This document shows positions 1-8,112 of a stretch of DNA of 64,000 nucleotides, piece after piece. Position 1 is the stretch's first letter. Each line of letters starts with the position of its first letter. Origin of the DNA: Verrucomicrobiota bacterium (GTDB lineage Bacteria; Verrucomicrobiota; Verrucomicrobiia; Limisphaerales; JADLHS01); contig JABFSR010000045.1 of the NCBI GenBank assembly GCA_013140495.1, positions 825 to 64,824 on the forward strand, written 5' to 3'. The position numbers were made by a program, and so were the translations under genes. Under the pieces are notes generated by a model. That model was not told where the DNA came from. It did not search any database and saw nothing but the letters and a program-made list of their open reading frames with translations.

Positions 1-1017
1 GTTCTGGTAAGAGGCTTCAATGCGGTGCTCCCACTCCCGATCCCTACGATGTTCCCACCGTTGATGAGAATAGATCGGATCGTAGCCATGGTGGCCGGAT
101 TGAAACGAGAACGAGGCATAGAACCCACCCTGTATATAGCTCGTGGCGTAGTAATCCCCGAAGTAATAATGGGAGTAGCGGGGCCGCAAGAAGAGATGGT
201 CGCTGAACACGCTCAGATCAATCACGATCATGGGCGAGTAGAAGTAGCCGCGCGGTGAATAAACACCGGCTTCAAAATAAACCGGCGCAAAGAGAATACC
301 GCGCCGTTCAACCGGGTAATCCCAGAAGCCGCCCACGAAAATGTAGCCGCGCGGAGTCCAGACATAATGAGCCGGACACCAATCCCAATCTGCCCGGCCA
401 AGTGCCCAATAACCCGGACGCCACGCATAACGTCCTTGATACCAGATCCAGCAACCCGGCGACCAGCCGTAGTCTGCTGAAGGCGCGGCGATGTTCGGCC
501 CCACTTCCACCGTCGCTGGCGGCGGAGGCAGATAGGTCGTCTCACGCGCGGCGGCATCAGCCCAGTATCCCGAAGTCCACTGGTAGCCTTGCGCGGTTTT
601 TCCCCAATAGCCGGCAATCCATTCGCGGCCCGGGGGCAGAGCGCGCCAGGTTCCGCTAATCCAAAGGAAGTCGCTCCGTTCATCATCCCAACCCCAGTAG
701 CCGGGAATCCAGGAGACATTGTCTCCATCCGGTCGCTCCTCCGGTGGTAATTCTTCGATCACATCTGGCGGAGCTTTTGCCACCACGACACCCGGCCCGG
801 GATTGAAAGTAACAATTCCGGCAAAAGCCTCATGCACCGGTCCGCGGGTGAGCACTTCTACGCCCGGCGCGTCGCCATCGGGTGGTTGGGTCTGGCCGAT
901 GGCCATGTTCCAACTGATACCCATGACGACGACCAGCACTGCGACCACGCAACTTTTGGAAGCGTGGCGCGCGAGGATGGTCGCCTTTCGGTTTGGAAAA
1001 ATCCTGGAAGCTTTCAT
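1..1017 (-). CDS. secreted Trp/Tyr/Gly-rich repeat protein (YxWGxW-like repeats); C-terminus runs off the left edge
   Basis: Not in the ORF track because no stop lies in the window. Checked by hand: ATG at 1017-1015 and no stop codon in that minus frame down to base 1. N-terminus MKASRIFPNRKATILARHASKSCVVAVLVVVMGISW looks like a signal anchor. The body has repeated PGYWGW / GYWxxxxQGYQWxSGYW / RPGYWA / GGFWDYP units. Confidence 0.6.
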   Translation of the reverse strand, partial: MKASRIFPNRKATILARHASKSCVVAVLVVVMGISWNMAIGQTQPPDGDAPGVEVLTRGPVHEAFAGIVTFNPGPGVVVAKAPPDVIEELPPEERPDGDNVSWIPGYWGWDDERSDFLWISGTWRALPPGREWIAGYWGKTAQGYQWTSGYWADAAARETTYLPPPPATVEVGPNIAAPSADYGWSPGCWIWYQGRYAWRPGYWALGRADWDWCPAHYVWTPRGYIFVGGFWDYPVERRGILFAPVYFEAGVYSPRGYFYSPMIVIDLSVFSDHLFLRPRYSHYYFGDYYATSYIQGGFYASFSFQSGHHGYDPIYSHQRWEHRRDREWEHRIEASYQN

Positions 1018-1061
1018 AACGTGATGATTATTCTCGGAAACTTGGGAACGCTGAGGTTTTC

Positions 1062-1520
1062 TTATTCATGCTTGCGGTTTCCATGGCCGTTTCCATTGTC
1101 CTGGTTTTTCTTATCCTGCCCGTGGTTGGAATTCGCTCCCGGTGGTGACCAATATTTCGGGTACTGCCGGACAACCGACGCGTGATGAATTGACGGGGCA
1201 TCATGAAAATCGAGCCTTACCGACGGTGAGGCAAACAGCACCTCAACCGAGACGCGTGGCGGCGCCGGTCGCGATACCCATGAGCGCCCTTGCAGATAGA
1301 CGTATTGACGCCGGTTGCTGCTGTAATAGATCTGGTAACCGGGGTAATACACGTAGTCGTCCTGCAACACCACGACTCCGCTCTCGACGTAGTCCGGTGG
1401 AGGCGGAGCATAAGCTCTCACATGATGCGGCCTGTCCACGTAACCGACGCAGCCGGTCAATGCTCCCAGAAGCACCGCGCCCAGCACGAATCCAGTTTTT
1501 GAACCTGTTGTTTTCTTCAT
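1062..1520 (-). CDS. hypothetical lipoprotein
   Basis: MKKTTGSKTGFVLGAVLLGALTGC has a lipobox (LTGC). Tyr/Pro-rich body and Asn/Gly/His-rich tail. Confidence 0.5.
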   Translation of the reverse strand: MKKTTGSKTGFVLGAVLLGALTGCVGYVDRPHHVRAYAPPPPDYVESGVVVLQDDYVYYPGYQIYYSSNRRQYVYLQGRSWVSRPAPPRVSVEVLFASPSVRLDFHDAPSIHHASVVRQYPKYWSPPGANSNHGQDKKNQDNGNGHGNRKHE

Positions 1521-1538
1521 AATTTTTTACTTCCCTGC

Positions 1539-1985
1539 TTACGGTGCGATTTTTTCGCTCACCCACTGGCGTGCCTGGTTGAATCCATCCTTCGTCGCTT
1601 CGTAGCCTTTTTTGAAGCCGGTCTTGACGCTCTCCCACGTGGACTCCGTGGCGTTTTTGACGTCGTCAAGCTGCTTGTTCAACGTGGCCGTTTGTTCGCG
1701 CAACGCCTCGAGTTTGGGTCTGGCTTCGGCTTTGACCGCGTCGCTGGACTTTTCGATTTTGGCGCCGAGCTGGTCCAGGTCCTTGTTGATCTCGGCCAGT
1801 TGGACCTGCATTGCTTCGGTGAATTCGGTTTTTTGCGCGAAGGTGTAATCCTTCATGTTCTGCGCGGCGGCGGCGGTCTTTTCCTGGACCTTGTCGAGTT
1901 GTTGAGAGGTGGACGCCGGTTTATCGCAGCCAATCGCGAAAACGACGACGGAGAGGAAAGTGAAGATCAAAGTTTTATGTTTCAT
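1539..1985 (-). CDS. coiled-coil lipoprotein (apolipoprotein-like helical repeats)
   Basis: Internal ATG chosen: MKHKTLIFTFLSVVVFAIGC has a lipobox. The remainder is Ala/Lys/Glu/Gln-rich and helical. The conserved upstream box lies about 65 nt before this start. Confidence 0.6.
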   Translation of the reverse strand: MKHKTLIFTFLSVVVFAIGCDKPASTSQQLDKVQEKTAAAAQNMKDYTFAQKTEFTEAMQVQLAEINKDLDQLGAKIEKSSDAVKAEARPKLEALREQTATLNKQLDDVKNATESTWESVKTGFKKGYEATKDGFNQARQWVSEKIAP

Positions 1986-2051
1986 AATGGTTGTTTCCAG
2001 TTTGGTTCGTGTTATTGCAGGCGGCACACTAGATCATGGGCTGGCGTTGTT

Positions 2052-2070
2052 CCATGGGGTGTAACCCTAC
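2052..2070 (-). promoter_or_regulatory. conserved upstream box (TAGGGTwACACCCCAT family), site 1
   Basis: The minus strand reads GTAGGGTTACACCCCATGG, about 65 nt upstream of the lipoprotein start at 1985. It is the perfect inverted partner of site 2. Confidence 0.5.
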
Positions 2071-2109
2071 CGTGGTCCGAACCTCTCCCCGTTCCGCCGA
2101 AGATAGGAA

Positions 2110-2128
2110 GTAGGGTTACACCCCATGG
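2110..2128 (+). promoter_or_regulatory. conserved upstream box, site 2
   Basis: GTAGGGTTACACCCCATGG, 53 nt upstream of ATG 2182. Confidence 0.5.
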
Positions 2129-2181
2129 AGAAGCCCCAAAAAAAACGGTTACCTTTACTCCAGAAAGCGATTCAAACTGAA

Positions 2182-2340
2182 ATGAAAAAAATCCTGTTTT
2201 TGACCGGCGTTATCTCCCTGCTCACTACCACCGGGTGTCTTGTTGCGGAAAGCGGAAGGCACGGACACAGGAGACATGGAAGGGAATCGACAGTCATAGT
2301 CCCCGTCCCCGTGGTCGTTGTACCGGTTCGCGTTCACTAA
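2182..2340 (+). CDS. small lipoprotein, hypothetical
   Basis: MKKILFLTGVISLLTTTGC lipobox, His/Arg-rich middle, Val/Pro tail. Internal start of ORF 2125..2340. The upstream box lies about 53 nt before it. Confidence 0.4.
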   Translation: MKKILFLTGVISLLTTTGCLVAESGRHGHRRHGRESTVIVPVPVVVVPVRVH

Positions 2341-2808
2341 TGATGGTCCCGTTGGAAAAATCGAGGTTGAAGGATACGTGTGTTATGCTTCAACTCGCGC
2401 GTGACTTGAACGGATGCAATACTCCGTCACCAGATTCATGGCGCCGGGATAATGCTTCCTCACGTCGGAGGGGCGATGCCGGGTTCGCTGCGTTTAATCT
2501 CGGTGGCGGCTTCTTTATTGGTGCAGAAAGCGAAAAATTGCTGCGAATTGTAGAAAAACCTTCCTCAAAAACGGCATTACCCGCACGGGACAATGGGCGA
2601 CCGGATTACACCGTTGTGGTTTGCTGCTCGGGCACGGGCTAATTGGGGTCACGTCTCTCGAGGTCTAGCTCCAACGGATTTTCCAACGCGACTTTCAGCA
2701 ACCTGTCCGGTCATTGAATGGTTCCTGAACGTCCACCCTTGGAAATCGCTTCTGCTGTAAACAAAATCTTCACAATGAGGCAACGCTACGCGGAGTGCCG
2801 CAGCTTTC

Positions 2809-4362
2809 CTATGGGGTGGAACCCTGCTGCGGCGCAGGAATCCGCTCCACCAATGCTTCCGCCGGGTAGGTCCAGATTTCCGCAAGCGTGGGATGGTAGT
2901 GCGGCAGGGCCGAGAGTTCGTGGACTGTCATGCGCTTTGCCATCGCCGCGACGATTTCGTGGATCAACTCGCCGCCAACCGGCCCGATGCACGCGCCGCC
3001 CAGGATTTCACCCGACTGCGGATCGGCCAGGAGTTTCACGAAGCCATCCTTCGCTTCCATGATAAGCGATTTGCCGTGTTCATTGAACGGGTAGCTTGCA
3101 ACCAGATACGGAATGTCGCTGGTCTTCGCTTCCTTTTCGGTCAGGCCGACAAGCGCCACTTGCGGCTCGGTAAAAATCACCGACAGTAACAGCCGGCAAT
3201 CCATCCGTCGCAGAGTCTTCGGGTGCGCGATGTTGTGCGCTGCAATCTCGCCCTGCTGCACGGCGAGATGCACGATGTCGTGCGGCCCGGTGCAATCGCC
3301 AGCGGTGTAAATGTGCGGCGCGCTGGTTTGCATGAATTCATTCGCCGCAATGCGCCCGCGTTCGGTCGCAACACCCGCCTTGTCGAGGTCCAGCGATGCG
3401 GTGTCCGGCACGCGACCGAGGGCGAACAGGATTTCTTCAGCCGAGACGGACACGAGCTGACCGTGGTGCTCGAACAAAATGGTTTTGCGCTGACCGTCGC
3501 GCCGCGCGTCGGTCAGTTTTGTGTTCGTGAAAACTTCGATGCCGTCGCGACGGAAGACCTTCTCAATTTCCAGCGCGGCATCTGTGTCGAACTCGTGCAG
3601 GATGTGCCCGCTGCGCTGGATGAGGGTCACCTTGACGCCGAACCGCGCGAAGAACTGCGCCAGTTCCACCGCCACCGCGCCGCCGCCAAGGACGATCAGA
3701 GACTTGGGAAGTTCTGTGAGATTCAGGGCATCGTCGCTGGTGAGATAGCCAACTTCGCGAAGTTGGGGCAGGGGAGGCGGCGCGACGGTGGAGCCGGTGG
3801 TAATCACGAAATGCGCGGCGGTGAGCGGCCCGGCATTGCTCACGGCGACCGTGTGCGGATCGAGAAAGTTCGCGCGGGTGCGGATGAACTTGAATTTGCC
3901 GCCGGCCAGTTGTTCGCGGCGATAGTCCGCAAATTCCTGGATGAGCGCGTTCTTGCGCGCCATGACTTTCGCGAAGTCAAAACCCACGTTTTCCGCACGG
4001 ATACCCCAAGGCGCGGCATGACTGGTGAGGTGCAGGACTTCGGCGGCGTAGAGCAGCGCCTTCGTTGGCATGCAGCCGCGCAGGATGCAGAGCCCGCCCA
4101 CTTCGTTGCCGCCTTCGATCACGACCGTCCGCAAACCAGCGGCGGTCGCCGTCCGCGCTGCCGCGTAACCGGCGCTGCCGCCGCCGAGGATGGCGACATC
4201 GTAGTCGAACCGGTTGCGCGTTTCGTTCACGGTGGCAGAATGAGCGACCACTGTCAGACTGACAAGGATGGGGTTGCCCAAGGTTCGGAGGACAGATTCG
4301 CTGTTCACGCCCGGCTGAATAATGGGCGTGCCCGTTTGTGCCAACTGCTCGCAAGCGCCCAA
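2809..4362 (-). CDS. FAD-dependent pyridine nucleotide-disulfide oxidoreductase (dihydrolipoyl dehydrogenase / mercuric reductase-like family)
   Basis: DVAILGGGSAGYAAA dinucleotide fold, redox CxxxxC in GGLCILRGCMPTK, second Rossmann motif LIVLGGGAVAVELA, C-terminal dimerisation region with HYHPTLAE. No MerA-type C-terminal Cys pair. An in-frame GTG at 4230 would give a more typical 474 aa. Confidence 0.85.
   Translation of the reverse strand: MGACEQLAQTGTPIIQPGVNSESVLRTLGNPILVSLTVVAHSATVNETRNRFDYDVAILGGGSAGYAAARTATAAGLRTVVIEGGNEVGGLCILRGCMPTKALLYAAEVLHLTSHAAPWGIRAENVGFDFAKVMARKNALIQEFADYRREQLAGGKFKFIRTRANFLDPHTVAVSNAGPLTAAHFVITTGSTVAPPPLPQLREVGYLTSDDALNLTELPKSLIVLGGGAVAVELAQFFARFGVKVTLIQRSGHILHEFDTDAALEIEKVFRRDGIEVFTNTKLTDARRDGQRKTILFEHHGQLVSVSAEEILFALGRVPDTASLDLDKAGVATERGRIAANEFMQTSAPHIYTAGDCTGPHDIVHLAVQQGEIAAHNIAHPKTLRRMDCRLLLSVIFTEPQVALVGLTEKEAKTSDIPYLVASYPFNEHGKSLIMEAKDGFVKLLADPQSGEILGGACIGPVGGELIHEIVAAMAKRMTVHELSALPHYHPTLAEIWTYPAEALVERIPAPQQGSTP
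2811..2825 (-). promoter_or_regulatory. conserved box, site 3 (overlaps the last codons of the oxidoreductase)
   Basis: The minus strand reads AGGGTTCCACCCCAT(AG). It faces a ~470 bp stretch (2341-2808) with no convincing ORF. Confidence 0.3.
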
Positions 4363-4478
4363 CCTTGTTTATCCAGTTGAAAACGGCGACTCCAAACAAA
4401 GGTTCTTGCCGTCGGTCAAGTATCTGGTAACAGCTTCCCACGGGAGGCGCATGACGTCCCTGTTGCTGTTGATCCAAA

Positions 4479-4850
4479 ATGTTTGAACATCGAACCAAAC
4501 CACTGCTGCCCAGAAAGGTTTTCGCTCTGCGGGTGTTGCGCAGCCTGGCGCTCGCCCTTGGCATCATCGGGGTTTCGCTCGGGCTGGGAATTGTCGGCTA
4601 CCATTTTTGCGCGGGGCTTTCGTGGGTGGACGCCTTCCTGAATGCGGCGATGATCCTGACCGGAATGGGGCCGGTGAACGAACTCCACACGGTCGGCGCG
4701 AAATTGTTCGCCTCGTTCTATGCCTTGTTCAGCGGGGTGGTTTTCGTCACATCGGTCGCCGTGCTGCTGGCACCCGTGATTCATCGCTTCCTTCACAAGT
4801 TCCATTTTGAATCGGAAGGTTCGGATGACGACCGCAACAAGCGCCGGTGA
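4479..4850 (+). CDS. small two-TM pore-loop (K+-channel-like) membrane protein with non-canonical filter
   Basis: TM1 LALALGIIGVSLGLGIVGY, pore-helix-like WVDAFLNAAMILTGMGPV (TGMGP where K+ channels have TVGYG), TM2 LFASFYALFSGVVFVTSVAVLLAPVI. Confidence 0.5.
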   Translation: MFEHRTKPLLPRKVFALRVLRSLALALGIIGVSLGLGIVGYHFCAGLSWVDAFLNAAMILTGMGPVNELHTVGAKLFASFYALFSGVVFVTSVAVLLAPVIHRFLHKFHFESEGSDDDRNKRR

Positions 4851-4885
4851 GAAGCAGGAAGGAAATCGGATGACCCCTGTTTTCA

Positions 4886-4928
4886 CAGCCGACATGCGGA
4901 AACCGTCAGAGCCTCCTCATGTCGGCTG
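4886..4928. repeat. hairpin repeat of the ..GAGCCTCCTyAyGTCGGCTGCTA family
   Basis: CAGCCGACATG..(21 nt)..CATGTCGGCTG. The right arm reads tcagagcctcctcatgtcggctgctaa (SEPPHVGC*). It lies just after the stop of 4479..4850. Confidence 0.8.
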
Positions 4929-5211
4929 CTAATTTTCAATCAGGCTCCTGGCGGTGCGGCGGATTCCTCAATGGCAACAGGGTGTTCTAAAACACACAAT
5001 CCGCCACTTTCCGGCCTTGAAGGATTCCCTCGTCCTTGTCGGAACTAAAGTGGATGCCCGGTTAATTCCGGCTCTGGCCGTTCTTCGACGACTGACGCAG
5101 TGGCAATAATTTGAACAATGAAACAAACCAGTGACGCCGTGCCCATGGCGCGCGAACTGGAAACTGCGTCTCGACCCGTTGATTCAGTCTTGTCGGGAGA
5201 ACCCCTGCCTG

Positions 5212-5697
5212 CTACTGCGCCCGGGACAAATCCATCTCCGTCGCTGACACAGCCACCTTGGTTGTGGGCGGGACGTTTCCCGGATCGTGGACAATTCCAG
5301 ATGGGGACACGGCGGCCGGCTTGCCCAGCCGGGATTCCAGCAGGCTCACAACCAGCTGACGGCATTCCTCCCGTCGCTGATCCAACTTCGTGCGATAAGC
5401 CATCCGAAGGCCCGTAAAAACAACCAGGCAAATCATTGATACCACACCGAGCGAGGAAATGATCGTAACGATCAATTGCGATGTGCTCTGGCGAAAAGTC
5501 TCAACCAAGATCGCTGCATAGCCAGAACAGGCCAGCGTTGCTGCCAACAACAGGGCCATCAGCCATATCGCACGGCGCACACAGCGCTCGTCGCGTTGGA
5601 TCTGGGTGATCCTGTCCTCCAGCTCCCGACGCGCGGGGGTTTCGTCATAACGAATGCAATGCTGGAGGAATTCGGTTTCTCTTTGGTGTTCGGTCAT
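5212..5697 (-). CDS. hypothetical two-TM membrane protein
   Basis: Charged N-terminal region, then two hydrophobic spans (AIWLMALLLAATLACSGYAAILV, IVTIISSLGVVSMICLVVFTGL). No recognisable domain. Confidence 0.45.
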   Translation of the reverse strand: MTEHQRETEFLQHCIRYDETPARRELEDRITQIQRDERCVRRAIWLMALLLAATLACSGYAAILVETFRQSTSQLIVTIISSLGVVSMICLVVFTGLRMAYRTKLDQRREECRQLVVSLLESRLGKPAAVSPSGIVHDPGNVPPTTKVAVSATEMDLSRAQ

Positions 5698-6092
5698 GGC
5701 TGGGGCGGGTGCGAATCATCTGGCAGGTAGCTGCAGTCAGGAATTATTCCGAATGCCGGTTTGGCGCGCCGATTTTTCAACCCGATCTTTTCCATGGATT
5801 CAAACGCCGATGTGCGCGGTGTTGGCATTATCTGGCACAGGTTCCGAATCAGACCCGCGAGGAAGAAGTGGACACTGGCTGGGCGTTGGCACAAACAGGC
5901 GACGTGCAGCAGGGCGCGGCCCAACGGGGTTTTGGAAAAGCTGACGGGCTTCCTTGGGCGACGAAAATTGCGCTGGCTACCCATTCGGAGCCCCAGGGGA
6001 TTTACGGTTCTTATCATATGCGATTCTTTCGGGCGTTGCGTTCTTGGTTGAACCAAAGCGGAATGGTAAGCGCCGGTCCGGCGGCCGGCTAT

Positions 6093-6110
6093 AAGGTGTT
6101 CACCCCATAT
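6093..6110 (+). promoter_or_regulatory. conserved box, site 4, upstream of the Kai operon
   Basis: AAGGTGTTCACCCCATAT, about 100 nt upstream of ATG 6213. Confidence 0.4.
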
Positions 6111-6212
6111 ACAAGGGGAAACGATTGTTCGATGTTTGGGTTGGATGGGTGGCTCCCCCCCCGTCGCGAGACCAAGCAGACCGGAGAGCCCCGCCAATGC
6201 TGGCAGGACAAC

Positions 6213-6911
6213 ATGAAACAAAAATTGATCGGGTTGTCACAACGATATGTGACGGCCCTACGAAAACACCTGAAACAGGGGCCCCGCGCGAGCTTGCAGC
6301 CAGCAGTGCGAGTGGGACGCCGGGCGGTTGCCTTGGGGATGGAGACATTGGAGCTAGCCCGCATTCATGAGCGAGCAATCACCGCTTTGGAAATATCCAA
6401 CAGCAAAAATGGATTTATCAAACGAGCGGAGATTTTTTTTACCGAAGCCCTCACTCCGATTGTGGAGACGCACCGTGCCGCGCGGCAGAGCAAGATTCAT
6501 CTGCTCCGGCTGAACGAGACGCTCAACCTCCGCTCGGTGGAACTTGCCGCCACCAACCGCCAGTTGAAGTGTGGCATTGTCCGGCGCAAAACCGTCGAAG
6601 CCGCGCTCAAGAAAAGCGGCGTGCATTACACCAGACTGTTGAAGGATTCCCTGCAACTCCAGGAAGGTTTGCGGCAACTGACGCACCAGGTGCTGGTGGC
6701 GCAGGAGGATGAACGCAAGAAGATCAGCCATGAACTTCAGGATGGGATCGCTCAGACTTTGCTGGGCATCAACGTCCGGCTGCTCGCCTTGAAAAAGGAG
6801 GCGTGGCTCAACACCAAGGGTCTCAAGAATGAAATCGCCACCACACAGCGGCTGGTGGTAAAATCGGCCAGGTCCGTCCGGCGGGTTGCCCGCGAATTCG
6901 GCCACTCATGA
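6213..6911 (+). CDS. HisKA_3 (DHp)-only histidine-kinase paralogue lacking the ATPase domain; phospho-His position is Gln
   Basis: Internal ATG of ORF 5709..6911. Collinear with the N-terminal 230 aa of the next gene (MKQKLIGLSQRYVTALRKHLKQGPRASLQPA vs MKARFSRRYQAALLTYLKQGSEASLQPA). H-box is ISHELQDGIAQ versus ISRELHDVIAQ. Ends at VAREFGHS*, where the paralogue continues FARELRPAVLDD. ATGA stop/start overlap with the next gene. Confidence 0.6.
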   Translation: MKQKLIGLSQRYVTALRKHLKQGPRASLQPAVRVGRRAVALGMETLELARIHERAITALEISNSKNGFIKRAEIFFTEALTPIVETHRAARQSKIHLLRLNETLNLRSVELAATNRQLKCGIVRRKTVEAALKKSGVHYTRLLKDSLQLQEGLRQLTHQVLVAQEDERKKISHELQDGIAQTLLGINVRLLALKKEAWLNTKGLKNEIATTQRLVVKSARSVRRVAREFGHS

Positions 6912-8038
6912 AAGCCAGATTTTCCAGACGCTATCAGGCGGCGTTGCTGACCTATCTCAAACAAGGCTCGGAGGCGAGCCTGCAACCGGCGCACGGCATG
7001 GGCCAGCACGCGCTGACTGCCGGCCTGCAGACGCTGGACATCGCCAAGCTCCATGAGCGCATTCTAATCACCCAGGTGTTGCCCGGCCAACCGCCCGGCA
7101 AACGCGCCAGGCTCATCAGACACGCGGGGACCTTCTTCACCGAGGCAATCACCCCGATCGCGAAAATTCATCCTGGCGCGCGGGATGCCGCTGTTCACCT
7201 GAATAGAATCGTCGAGATGTTGAGCCAGCGCACCGTGGAGCTGGCCGCTTCGAACCTGGATTTGGAACAGGAGATCACCCAGCGCAAGGCGGTGGAAGCG
7301 GCGCTCAAGAAAAGTGAACACCATTACAGCCAGTTGCTCGCCCAGTCGGATCGGCTGCAGCAACAATTGCGGCAATTGTCCCGCCAGATTCTCTCGGCCC
7401 AGGAGGAGGAACGCCGGGAGATCAGTCGCGAACTGCATGACGTCATCGCCCAGACCCTGACGGGCATCAACGTCCGGCTGGCCGCCCTGAAGAAAGAAGC
7501 GGCAATCAATACCAAAAGCCTCGACCGCAACATCGCACGCACGCAACGGCTGGTGGAAAAATCTGTGGACATCGTGCATCAATTCGCCCGCGAATTGCGC
7601 CCGGCGGTGCTGGATGATCTCGGCCTGATTCCCGCGCTCCATTCGTTTGCGAAAATCTTTTCCAAGCGGACGCACATCCGCGTTCACTTGAAGGCCTATG
7701 CGGGCGTTGAACAATTGGACGGCAACAAACGCACGATCCTCTATCGCGTGGCGCAGGAAGCACTCACCAATGTGGCCCGTCACGCGCAAGCCAGCCGCGT
7801 GGAAGTGAGCATCCAGAAATTGTCGGGCTGCATCTGCATGAAAATAACCGACGACGGCAAATCCTTCAGCGTGGAACGTGTCTTGCACGCCAATCGTGGC
7901 AAACGCCTCGGACTACTTGGCATGAGAGAACGCCTGGAGATGGTCGGCGGTAAATTTGCCGTCGAATCCGCGCCGGGCAAAGGCACCACCATTGAAGCAC
8001 AGCTTCCACTGGGTAAAGCCGCGCGGGGGGATCGTTGA
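6908..8038 (+). CDS. sensor histidine kinase, HisKA_3 + HATPase_c (NarX/DegS-type), cytoplasmic
   Basis: H-box SRELHDVIAQTL, N-box AQEALTNVARHA, G1 ITDDGKSF, G2 APGKGTT. No TM segments. Confidence 0.85.
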   Translation: MKARFSRRYQAALLTYLKQGSEASLQPAHGMGQHALTAGLQTLDIAKLHERILITQVLPGQPPGKRARLIRHAGTFFTEAITPIAKIHPGARDAAVHLNRIVEMLSQRTVELAASNLDLEQEITQRKAVEAALKKSEHHYSQLLAQSDRLQQQLRQLSRQILSAQEEERREISRELHDVIAQTLTGINVRLAALKKEAAINTKSLDRNIARTQRLVEKSVDIVHQFARELRPAVLDDLGLIPALHSFAKIFSKRTHIRVHLKAYAGVEQLDGNKRTILYRVAQEALTNVARHAQASRVEVSIQKLSGCICMKITDDGKSFSVERVLHANRGKRLGLLGMRERLEMVGGKFAVESAPGKGTTIEAQLPLGKAARGDR

Positions 8039-8067
8039 TGGCGTCCGTTAACCAAATCTTGAATTTT

Positions 8068-8112
8068 ATGAATCGAATCACTGTTCTGCTGACAGAAGAC
8101 TATGAAAACTAA
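8068..8112 (+). pseudogene. 14-codon stub resembling the N-terminus of a LuxR-type response regulator; overlaps the kaiC start
   Basis: ATGAATCGAATCACTGTTCTGCTGACAGAAGACTATGAAAACTAA = [14 protein letters not shown]. Compare RR at 11873 (GTGAAACGAATCACTGTTTTATTGGCGGACGACCAT = MKRITVLLADDH). It sits 29 nt after the kinase stop, the position the intact regulator occupies after the other kinase. Confidence 0.35.

Noticed and set aside
2641-2700. GGGGTCACGTCTCTCGAGG resembling a tmRNA 5' end
   Set aside because: It lacks the conserved UUCGAC acceptor-arm context. No tRNA-like 3' end (..GGTTCGAATCC..CCA) is found within about 400 nt, and that span runs into a protein-coding gene.
3223-4380. 385-aa plus-strand ORF covering most of the oxidoreductase gene
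   Set aside because: It is antisense to a gene with clear FAD/NAD and CxxxxC motifs. The product is Arg/Ala/Gly-rich with no motif, a typical high-GC shadow ORF.

The same reasoning applies to these long antisense ORFs: 7064..7888, 10635..11753, 22389..23252, 23899..24813, 27278..28138, 28513..29271, 31090..32199, 34150..35118, 38069..38767, 39602..40414, 39811..40677, 41342..42091, 44620..45462, 50451..51698 and 63225..63917.
5709-6212. N-terminal 168 codons of track ORF 5709..6911
   Set aside because: Similarity to the downstream kinase begins exactly at the internal Met (6213). The upstream part is Arg/Trp/Cys-rich, starts next to a divergent gene, and contains a copy of the upstream box. 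It is better read as a leader or promoter region.
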